DNA from: Basidiobolus meristosporus CBS 931.73
Lineage: Eukaryota; Fungi; Basidiobolomycota
Assembly: GCA_002104905.1 (NCBI GenBank)
Contig: MCFE01000484.1
Coordinates: 3,858 to 67,857, forward strand
Length of the DNA stretch: 64,000 nt
Direction of reading: 5' to 3'
In this document: in pieces, positions 48,874-58,727 of the stretch
Layout: the number at the start of each line of letters is the position of its first letter
Position numbering within the stretch: position 1 is the first letter of the stretch
Made by a program: the position numbers and the translations under genes
Notes under the pieces: generated by a model
Databases searched by the model: none
Seen by the model: only the letters and a program-made list of their open reading frames with translations
What the model was told of the DNA's origin: nothing

Positions 48874-51800
48874 TGTTGCAATTTAAGAAGTGATTTGGAT
48901 ATAAGGAACTTATCAAGAAATAGTGATAATAGTTGAACTGTTGTTTATTCATAAAGAAGCTCAGTATTTATACCTTTGTAGAAGTAATACAGCTGCAACA
49001 CTAAGTAGGGAGGGTTTCTCAATATTCAGGAGCATTCTGTAACAGTTTCAGGGTTAGTACATAATGTTTGGGTAATAGTGCTAATTTGATCCTGACTATA
49101 GGGGAATAGTCATAAGATCATATATCTGGAGAAAGTGGCAAAGTTAAGGCAGTAAGTGAGTCCTACAGTGACTAAGACTAGCCTAGAATTGTTAAGTAAA
49201 TTTTTAGCTGCTGAATGATACCAAATAGTCCAATATTTCAACACTCCCCCTCAACTAAATAATTTCTTAATCCCAATTTGTCTCTAAGGATCTCAAACTG
49301 TGGCCTAGCTAGTGGTTTTGTCAATATGTCTGCCACCATTTTGTCAGTTGGGCAGTAAACCAGCTCTACTAAGTTATTTTCTACAGCTTCCCTCACAAAG
49401 TGATGCTGTATATCAATGTGCTTAGTTCTGGCATGATTAGTAGGATTTCTAGCTAATGAAATACAACTTTGATTATCCTTGTAAATACATGTTGGTTCAC
49501 CTGAATTAAAACCTAAGTCTTTGAATAATTTTTGTAGCCATATAGCCTCCTTAGTTGCTTGACATGCAGCCATATATTTGGCTTCAGTTGTAGATAGTGC
49601 CACAGTTGGTTGTTTCTTGCAATTCCAAGTAATAGCTGCACCAGCATAAAGAAATACATAGCCTGTGGTAGAGCGTCTGTCAATCAGATCTCTACCCCAA
49701 TCTGAATCACTATAACCATCAGATTTTTGCCTATTAGCTGCTCCAGAGTATTCCAGTACCATATTTATGGTACCTTGTAGATATCTGAAAATCCGCTTAA
49801 CTGCTGCAATTTGATCTGATCCATAATTCTGCATGAATTGACTGACTATTCCAACTGCCACTGCAATATCTGGACGTGTAGACACCATCAAGTACATTAG
49901 GCTACCGACCATTGATTGATAGGGAAAGTTTTGGTCCATATTTGAGCCGTTTTCATCTGTAACTGGCTGAGATTTGCTTAATTTCAGGTTATTGTCCATA
50001 GGGGTTGCTGCAGGCTTGCAATTTTCCATTTTGAAGCATCTAAGAGTGTCCCTGAGGTACTTAGACTGATTCAGCACAATTTTCTGCGTAGGTATTTCAA
50101 ATTTGACCTCAATTCCAAGAAAATAGCTCAATTTTCCAAGATCTTTCATCTCAAACTTGCTGAAGAGATCTGATTTTGTCTGTTTAAGTGCCACTTGATC
50201 ACTTGTAGCTATAATTAGGTCGTCCACATAAAGAACTAGGATGATCACACCCTTTTTGAGCTGTTTCACATATAAACTGTGATCTGCAGTGCTACGAGAG
50301 AACCCAATTTCCTCTAGAAATGTGTCAATCTTGTTATACCATGCTCTGGGTGCCTGCTTAAGCCCATACAACAATTTTCTAAGTTTGCACACCTTATGGG
50401 GGCTTTTTGGATCGGTAAAACCTTCTGGTTGCTCCATATATATAGTTTCTTGCAAATCCCCATTTAGAAAGGCTGTTCTGACGTCCATTTGGTGTAGATC
50501 TAGACTGTGTACAGCTGCCAGGGCTAGAACTGTCCTAATAGAGTTAAACTTGGCAACCAGAGCAAATGTTTCCTTAAAGTCTAGTCCCTGGATCTGGGAA
50601 TAGCCTTTAGCTACCAATCTAGCCTTGTACTTATCAACGGCACCATATGAGGTTATCTTGATCTTGTAGACCCATCTGCATCCTATTGGCTTTCTCCCAT
50701 TTGGTAAATCTACCAGTTCCCACGTTTTTGCCTTGATCAGTGATTGGTACTCCTCCTGCATGGCTTGTTGCCACTTAGTAGCATCTGGACCTTGCATTGC
50801 CTGTTCCAGATTCTGGGGTTCGGCACATAAGGCAAGATAAGCTTCTTCATGATCATTGGATGTCTGCCACCAGGATCCAGGGGCATTTCTTATTCTGGTA
50901 GATCTCCTAACTGGGATAATCTGTTCTGATCTGGAACTGGTAGAAGTATCTTCCATCTCTGGCTGGATTTGGTACATATCTTCTTCATTTGTGTTGATTA
51001 CATCATCAGGCAGCTGGCCAATGATTTCTGTGGCTTTCTGATCTGAATTCTCCTCAAATACAACGTCCCTGCTCTTGATCAGCTTCTGAATTTTGCCATC
51101 ATACACTCTATACCCTTTAGTATCCTCACAATACCCAAGAAAGATCCCTTTTCTACTCTTTGGTTCCAACTTTGAGCGTTTTTTGTCAGGGATGTGATAA
51201 AAAACATCACTGCCAAAGATCCTGAGGTGCTGGAGATCTGGTTTTTTGCCTGTATATGCTTCAAAGGGTGTAGAATCACGTAGTGCTGTTGTTGGGCATC
51301 TGTTCTTGATGTATACAGCGGTAGCAACGGATTCAGCCCAAAACTTGTAGTCCATTCCCTTATCATGTAGCATAGATCTTCCCATCTCTACTATTGTTCT
51401 ATTTGCACGTTCTGCTACTCCATTTTGCTGTGGAGTATGAGGAACTGTGGTCTGTTGAAGTATACCAGTAGACAAGCAGTATTTTGCAAACTCCTTTGAG
51501 CAGTATTCTCCTCCATTGTCACTTTGTAGTACCTTCAATTTACACCCAGTTTGTGTTTCTGCCATGTTCTTGAAGTGCTTAAACGTCTCTAAAGCTTCAT
51601 CCTTTGTTTTGAGGAAGTACACCCATGTATATCTTGTCTTGTCATCAATAAACGTCATAAAGTATCTCTTGGCTCCAAAGGACAGTGTTCTCATGGGGCC
51701 ACATATGTCTGAGTGTACAATAGCCAATTTTTTGGTGGTATTGATGCCTTCTGAGCTCTTGAAACGTTGCCTAGCTTGTTTGCCATATGAACATCCCTTA

Positions 51801-53561
51801 CAAACATTCAATTTGATCAGAATTGAGTATTTCAGGCCCAAAACAAGCTGATTTTTCACCAATTGGCTCATTTTCTGTTCCCCTATGTGTCCTAGCCGCC
51901 TATGCCACGTCTCCCAGTTGGTTTCATCAGTTTCAGCAATGTTGACATACTCAGGTACAATGATCTTGCATTGTAACTTGTGTGTATTGTGATCTCTGAT
52001 TCCCAAAGCTAATTTTTGTCCATTTTCACTCAATATTGAGCAGCTCAGCTTAGTAAAAACGAATTTCAGTCCCTGAGTAGTTGCTTTACTGACTGAGAGT
52101 AGGTTCTTAGCTATTCCAGGTACATAGAGTACGTCAGTCAGTTTTGCTGTTGTTGCCCCTGAGTTATCACTCATTTTTAGTTGTATAGACCCACTAGTGG
52201 TAGCTTCCAATGCAGAGTTATCTCCCAGATAAACCTTTCTAACGGGAATAGTCTTTAAGTTGCTGAACCAATCCTTTATACCACAAATATGCTGTGATGC
52301 TCCAGAGTCAATATACCATTCATTACTTTGGTTACTTGCACTCTCTTGTACAGTGACAAATAACTGTTCATCAGTAGTTATATGGTTTGCCTGCTCTAGT
52401 TTCTGTTTTTCGTCTGCTTGTTTCTTCTTGCATTCTCTTGCCCAGTGTCCTGGCTTCTTACAGTAGTTACAGCAGCCAGGTTTTCTTTGGTTTTGTTGCT
52501 TTCCCTTCTTTTCTGTATGCCTTTCTGAACTGAATAAAGCATTATCTTCAATTTTCTCTGCTTGATCATTACATCTGAGTTCTTCATGGAGAAGTCTTCC
52601 TTTGACATAGTCTAAAGTCAAGTTGTCTTCTCTGCTTTCAAAAGAAAGTATGAGTGGCTCATACTCGTCTGGTAGGCTGCAAAGCAGACAGAGTATCTTT
52701 TCTTCATCATCTACACCAGCATTAATACTGTAAAGTTCTTCTGCAAGTGTCTCCATTCTGGTAATGAGTTGTAGCATGTAATCATCTGGCTTTTTTCTCA
52801 TGTTGAAGAACTTTTGTTTCAAATAAAGCTTGCTTGATACTGACTTTGCTCTAAAGATCTTCTCTAAGGATTCCCATGCTGCTTTGGCAGTATTTGAGGC
52901 ATGGATTTGTCCAATGAAGGAGTCTTGCACATTGATGCATATTGCATTGCAGGCCTTTCTCTCCTTCTCTTGAAACTTCTCCACATCTTCTGCTGCTCCT
53001 TTGGGCTCAACTTCCTTTCCTGTTACTATGTTCCAAAGCTTTCTTTCCTCAAGGTGGATCTGCATCTTGATTCTCCAAAGTCTGTAGTTCTTCCCATCAA
53101 ACCTCTCCTTTACAGGGAAGATGTTGGTATTGCTTTGTTTGCTGGTAGAAGTCATCTTTAGAATAGATTAAGGCAATCAGGGCTCATAACCTGTTGCAAT
53201 TTAAGAAGTGATTTGGATATAAGGAACTTATCAAGAAATAGTGATAATAGTTGAACTGTTGCTTATTAATAAAGAAGCTCAGTATTTATACCTTTGTAGA
53301 AGTAATACAGCTGCAACACTAAGTAGGGAGGGTTTCTCAATATTCAGGAGCATTCTGTAACAGTTTCAGGGTTAGTACATAATGTTTGGGTAATAGTGCT
53401 AAATTGATCCTGACTATAGGGGAATAATCATAAGATCATATATCTGGAGAAAGTGGCAAAGTTAAGGCAGTAAATGAGTCCTACAGTGACTAAGACTAGC
53501 CTAGAATTGTTAAGTAAATTTTTAGCTGCTGAATGATACCAAATAGTCCAATATTTCAACA
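48874..53561 (-). mobile_element. Young Ty1/copia retrotransposon inserted in the gag of gypsy A
   Basis: 370-bp LTRs 48874..49243 and 53192..53561 with 5 mismatches; TSD GATCC; PBS GGTTATGAGCCC; PPT; host gag rejoins as RMDPLD|QVEYF. Confidence 0.98.
49238..53155 (-). CDS. Copia gag-pol polyprotein, 1305 aa, open
   Basis: CNYCKKPGHWAREC knuckle, WYIDSGAS protease, WHRRLGH..CKGC, integrase HSD..SDNGGEY..E, RT YVDD, RNase H YSDSDW..DN..ADILTK. Confidence 0.96.
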   Translation of the reverse strand: MTSTSKQSNTNIFPVKERFDGKNYRLWRIKMQIHLEERKLWNIVTGKEVEPKGAAEDVEKFQEKERKACNAICINVQDSFIGQIHASNTAKAAWESLEKIFRAKSVSSKLYLKQKFFNMRKKPDDYMLQLITRMETLAEELYSINAGVDDEEKILCLLCSLPDEYEPLILSFESREDNLTLDYVKGRLLHEELRCNDQAEKIEDNALFSSERHTEKKGKQQNQRKPGCCNYCKKPGHWARECKKKQADEKQKLEQANHITTDEQLFVTVQESASNQSNEWYIDSGASQHICGIKDWFSNLKTIPVRKVYLGDNSALEATTSGSIQLKMSDNSGATTAKLTDVLYVPGIAKNLLSVSKATTQGLKFVFTKLSCSILSENGQKLALGIRDHNTHKLQCKIIVPEYVNIAETDETNWETWHRRLGHIGEQKMSQLVKNQLVLGLKYSILIKLNVCKGCSYGKQARQRFKSSEGINTTKKLAIVHSDICGPMRTLSFGAKRYFMTFIDDKTRYTWVYFLKTKDEALETFKHFKNMAETQTGCKLKVLQSDNGGEYCSKEFAKYCLSTGILQQTTVPHTPQQNGVAERANRTIVEMGRSMLHDKGMDYKFWAESVATAVYIKNRCPTTALRDSTPFEAYTGKKPDLQHLRIFGSDVFYHIPDKKRSKLEPKSRKGIFLGYCEDTKGYRVYDGKIQKLIKSRDVVFEENSDQKATEIIGQLPDDVINTNEEDMYQIQPEMEDTSTSSRSEQIIPVRRSTRIRNAPGSWWQTSNDHEEAYLALCAEPQNLEQAMQGPDATKWQQAMQEEYQSLIKAKTWELVDLPNGRKPIGCRWVYKIKITSYGAVDKYKARLVAKGYSQIQGLDFKETFALVAKFNSIRTVLALAAVHSLDLHQMDVRTAFLNGDLQETIYMEQPEGFTDPKSPHKVCKLRKLLYGLKQAPRAWYNKIDTFLEEIGFSRSTADHSLYVKQLKKGVIILVLYVDDLIIATSDQVALKQTKSDLFSKFEMKDLGKLSYFLGIEVKFEIPTQKIVLNQSKYLRDTLRCFKMENCKPAATPMDNNLKLSKSQPVTDENGSNMDQNFPYQSMVGSLMYLMVSTRPDIAVAVGIVSQFMQNYGSDQIAAVKRIFRYLQGTINMVLEYSGAANRQKSDGYSDSDWGRDLIDRRSTTGYVFLYAGAAITWNCKKQPTVALSTTEAKYMAACQATKEAIWLQKLFKDLGFNSGEPTCIYKDNQSCISLARNPTNHARTKHIDIQHHFVREAVENNLVELVYCPTDKMVADILTKPLARPQFEILRDKLGLRNYLVEGEC

Positions 53562-54346
53562 GATCCAGGGGGTCCATTCTTTCAATTTGTCCAAGTAGAC
53601 ATCTGTACTCATAGATGTACTCTTGAACCATTCCTTTCTGTGTGAGTGTCTTTAACTTCCTTCTTAGTAGTCTCTGCTGGTGTGGAGATTCAAAAGCATC
53701 CTGAATTTCCAACACAAATTCATCCCAGGTAGAGATTGTAGACCATCCCATCATAGTGGCTGACCTGATCTTGTTGTGGTACCACTGTAAAGCTGCATCT
53801 GCCAGGTAAGAAGTTGCATAATGCAACTTGCTTTCTGGAGCAATTTCTTTAGCCTTAAAAGCTTCCTCAATCTGAAAGAGCCAAGTTCCCAGGTTTTCAT
53901 TGACTCTACCATGGTACTGGTTGATCTTCACACTAAAGTTGCTCTTGACAGGGCTTTGCTGGCTCTGGGCCATGGTAGTCATTCCTTGCTGCTGTTGGCT
54001 GAGGATCTGGAGTAACTGTTGCTGTCGGGCCAGGATTTGCTGCATGGCATTCTTCCATTCTTGATTGTCAAACATCTTGAGGGTGGTTTCTTCTTTCTTC
54101 AGGAGGGAGGTTTCTGGTTATTGCTGCTACCAATGTTATAAGTCTTGGTATAAGAGTTGTAGAGGAATAGGGAGTTTAGCTAGTATTGTATTCCCTAAAA
54201 CTTAAACTGATATTTATTGAGGCTCCAGCAGCTCCTTATATACATTTTGCCAGATCAATTGCTGATTAATTCTATTTCCTAATGTAGGTTGTAGCTGATG
54301 ACTCATTTGACTGCATCATCATCACCCAGTAAGATCCTACTTAATA

Positions 54347-55026
54347 GACTTGTTCTATTGGATAGTGCCACATTGAGCCATGAGTGCCAAATGATGCCAT
54401 AGTGTGCCAGGGAGGCTAAGTGAGCCTATACTTGGCTGCAGAGTGTGAAACATAGATCTGCATCTTCATGCAAAGCAGTTCATGTGTTTCACCAGTTGTG
54501 TTGGAGAAAATCCATTTTTTGACCTTTTTTTTTAGGTCAATGTTGTGCAGGATGTGTTAAAGCACAAATGGATTGAAAATATGCATTTGGTACTCTATAC
54601 CCATGGCACTCTGAATCTAGCTCCTGTGGCTTGTAACATGTCACAACAATGCATGGCACTATCTTGGTCCACTGGTACTATCTGGCACTATAAGTGCTTT
54701 GTATAGATATTACTTTAGGGCTAATAATTAAATATGTTACAAGCCACAGGAGCTAGATTCAGAGTGCCATGGGTATTGAGTACCTGATGCATGTCTTCAG
54801 TTCTTCTGTGCTCTTACACATCCTGCATAACATTGATCCACATAAAAACATCAAAAAATAGATTTTCTCCTGCATCATAGGTGAGACACAAGGGCTGCTT
54901 TGCATGTAGATGCAGATCCATGTTTCACACTCTTTGGCCAAGTATAGGCCCACTTGGCCTCTCTGGCACACTATGGCATCATTTGGCACTCATGGCTCAA
55001 TGTGGCACTATCCAATGGAACAAGTC
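54347..55026. mobile_element. 680-bp foldback MITE inserted in the 5' LTR of gypsy A
   Basis: About 293-bp inverted arms (54347..54639 and 54734..55026), 94-bp spacer, duplicated target TAATA; removing it restores a 369-bp LTR. Confidence 0.9.
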
Positions 55027-55630
55027 TAATATATCTATTTCTGTCTAATAAGGATCTGCTGATTCATTTGCTGACTAATGTTATCAATATGATAGTTAAT
55101 ATTGATATACTGATAACCTAAACATATAACTAATTGGTTTGACTGAAAATCGATATAACTTAAACATTCAAGCAACAGTTCATGACACTATATTGACTAT
55201 CTTGGTATTTCTATACATGAAACCAAGTCTTCATGTAGCAACTGAGCTCTCCTACATTAACATATTAAATCCCATAGATTTTGCATTATGTGGCACAATC
55301 TTGCACACTCTGGCACAATATGACACAATGAGGTTGGTACACACAATTGCATTATGTGCATAATCAGATATCATTATTGAGGCTGGTAAAATCCATTACT
55401 TGGATATGTTTCTTTAATATGAGTGGAACTAAGTGCATATCACAATATAAGCTACACTGATACTTACAATTGTGGTTACCATAACTCCAATTGGATGGTG
55501 TGTCCATGACTGATTGGTCTAAAAGTATCTAGAGGCTCTTGGCTCTCAATTAGCTCATTGACCAGCACACAAGCTGCGTGATTCACCACCAAATATCCCA
55601 TTTTGCCTATTGGGAAAGTAAATCTAAGTG

Positions 55631-58600
55631 TATATTAAGTAGGATCTAATTAGGTGATGATGATGCAGTTAAATGGGTCATCAACCAGATCCCACATTAG
55701 GAAATACAAGTAGTCAGCAATTGAACTGGCATAATGCATACAAAGAGCTGATGGAACCTCAAAAAAATCAGTTCCAGTTTTAGTGAATACAATACCAGCT
55801 AAACTCCATATTCCTCTACAACTCTTACACCAAAACTTGTAACATTGGTAGCTTTATTAATCAGAAACCCTCCCTCCTGAAGAAAGAAGAAGCCTCCCTC
55901 AAGACAACAGAAAATGAAGAATGGAAGAATGCCATGTAGCAAATCCTGGCCTAACAGTAAAAATTACTCTAGAACCTTAGCCAGCAGCAACAAGGAATGA
56001 CTACCATGGCCCACAGCCAGCAAGGCCCTGTCAACAGCAACTCTAGTGTGAAGGTCAACTGGTACCATGCTGGGGTCAATGAAAACCTGGTACCACAACA
56101 AGATCAGGTCAGCCACCATGATGGGAAGCTCTACAATCTCTACCTGGGATAAGTTTGTATTGGATATTCAGGACGCTTTTGAACCCCCACACAAGCAGAC
56201 ACTATTGAGAAGGAAGCTCCAGACACTAAGACAGAAAGGAATGGTTCAAGAGTATATCTGTTAGTATAGATGCCTACTTTGACAAATTGAGCAAATGCAC
56301 CCCCTGGATCAAGTAGAATACTATACTAATGGGCTGAAGGAGAGCACTTGCAAGGAAGTGAATTATTGGAGACCTGAGACTAATGAAGAAGTTATTAAGA
56401 TTGTCATTGACTATGACTCAGTTATGCTTTGAGTTGGCAAGCCCACATTGACTAATCAGAGAGGCCATAATCACTTTGAAAGAAGACAATCAGAAGCAGA
56501 GCCAATGAAAATAGATGCTATACAGAAGAATCCCATCTCAGAAGAATGCAAAAAGAGAGGACTTTGCTTTAGTTGCCACCAGCAGCAACATACTACAAAG
56601 TAATGCTTTTGGAGAAGAAATGGGCACCAGCCATCAAGAACCTTCAGCCATATTGAAGCCCTTGAGCATAGTAACATGGAGGATGAACTTGAAGAAGACT
56701 AAGAACCCACCTTTGATATGACAGAAGAATACCTATGCCAGATGACCTCAATATCAAGAAAGCTATTTTACTTGAATAGAGTAATCAATAGCGTACCTGC
56801 CAAAGTCATGATTGACTTAGGAGCATTGCATGAGTATATATCAGAGCAATTTTCTTTGAAAGCTGGAATCAACTCAGAACCCACCAAAGCAACTTCAGTC
56901 TCAACAGCAGATAGGAACTCTCACATAATCAACCGTAGTAATCAGCCAGTAAGAATGAAGACTAATGACCATGAAGAGGACCTACAGGCCTATACATTTG
57001 GGAACTGCAAGTTTGATCTTGCACCTGGGAAAACCTGGCTATATTGTTGTAATCCATCAATCAACTGGAGAGCACATGCTACTCAGATCCAGAAGGATAA
57101 CAAGACCTTTAAGCTATTACCCACCAGACTGGATATCAACTTGGTTTATTCTAGTATGTGTAAAACAGTGAGTTTAGCAAGACACAGTTTTGCAGGACAC
57201 TTAATATAGGTACTCAGATGTTTTTCATGGCGGTATTACAGGAGGATTCCTCTACTCCAGCACGCTAAAAGGTCCAGACTCCTTTGAAGGAATATTCAGA
57301 CATGTTTCTAGATGAACTTGTAAGCCTACCCCCAGTCACAGATGTGGATCAAGCTATTGACACATGAGAGACCCCTCCAGTGAGTAAGACACCTTACAGA
57401 ATAAGTCCATTGGATTTGGAAGAGATGAAGAGGCAAATAGATCAGTTATTGAAGCAAGGATATATTACACCCAGCAAGTCATTTGGGGTGCTCCAATAAT
57501 CATTGTGAAGAAGAAGGATGGAGCTCTTAGGATGTCCATTAACTACAGAGCCCATAACTTGGCTTCTGTTAAGAATAAGAACCCCATACCTTGGATTGAT
57601 GAGTGTTTAGATCAACTCAATGGTGCTATCAATGCATATTTGTCCAGTCCTTTGCAAGTATTGCAGCCCCTTTAATGGATATTCTCAAGACAGATGACAC
57701 CATGAAGTGGAACATAGCCCATGAGACTGCCTTTCAGATACTCAAGAAAGAACTTGCCAAGCTGCCAAGCTTGAAATTCCAGACTCCAGAAAAGAGTTTA
57801 GTTTGTGCTAAGATGCTTCAGACTATGCAATTGGTAGAGTACTGAGCCATGAATATGAGGGATAGAACTACCCAATTGCTTTTGAGTGCAAGAAGCTGAA
57901 CTCAGCAGACCAAGACTATTCAGTGCATGAGCAGGAGATGCTTGCCATAATACACTGCTTGAAGACTGGGAAATGCTACACTGACGGAATCAAGTACACT
58001 GTCAAGACTGATCATGCCTCTCTTAAGTATATATTTACTCAGATGGTACTCTCCAGCAGAATGACAAGATGGTGTGTATACATTCAGCAATTTGACTTGT
58101 AGACTTCTACCACCCTGGGAGAAACAACACAGTTGCCAATACCTTATCAAGACTAGACCAAGTTGCACAACTCAACTTGGTGCATGAGCCAGATTGCACT
58201 AGCCTTTTACCACAGCACTTGGAAGACCATGTTCAAATATTGGACTATTTGGTATCATTCAGCAGCTAAAAACTTACTTAACAATTCTGGACTAGTATTT
58301 GTCACTGTAGGACTAGCTTAAAGCTCTGGATTTACCACTTTCTTCAGATCTATGATCTTATGATTATTCCCCTATAGTCAGGATCAAATCAGCACTATTA
58401 CTAAACATTATGTACGAACTCTAAAACTGTTACATAATGCTCCTGAATATCGAGAAACCCGCCTTACTTAGTGTTACAGCTGTATTACATCTACAAAGGT
58501 ATAAATACTGAGCTTCTTCATTGATAAACAACAGCTCAACTATTATCACTATTTCTTGATAAGTTCCTTACATCCAAATCACTTCTTAAACTGCAACAGA

Positions 58601-58727
58601 CCATGCCAATTGTAACCAGGTGGATGAAGATATCAAGAAGATCATCCAGGATGAAACCAGCAAGTATGTAGTATGGGATGAAACACTCTAGGAAATTGCT
58701 GATAGAAGCCCTATTGCCTATTGCCCT
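55631..58727 (+). mobile_element. Ty3/gypsy copy B, highly degenerate and internally deleted
   Basis: Partial 5' LTR 55631..55844, PBS TGGTAGC, gag/PR/RT-start/RH remnants homologous to gypsy A; most of RT missing. Confidence 0.9.
58230..58598 (+). mobile_element. Copia solo LTR inserted in gypsy B
   Basis: 369 bp, TG..CA, TSD GACCA, homologous to the other copia LTRs. Confidence 0.95.

Larger units (their letters stand above)
44496..55187 (-). mobile_element. Ty3/gypsy retrotransposon A (degenerate; hosts three nested insertions)
   Basis: 3' LTR 44496..44864 next to PPT TGGGGGAGAA; 5' LTR 54134..55187 (MITE-interrupted) next to PBS TGGTAGC; gag-PR-RT(YLDD)-RH-INT order; no matching TSD found. 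Confidence 0.93.

Noticed and set aside
53428-54075. 215-aa ORF as a stand-alone gene
   Set aside because: It is gypsy gag reading through into the inserted copia LTR after RMDPLD
44491-55192. TSD for gypsy A
   Set aside because: Flanks TCTGG and CTATA do not match; the two LTRs may come from different insertions, so the element boundary is less certain
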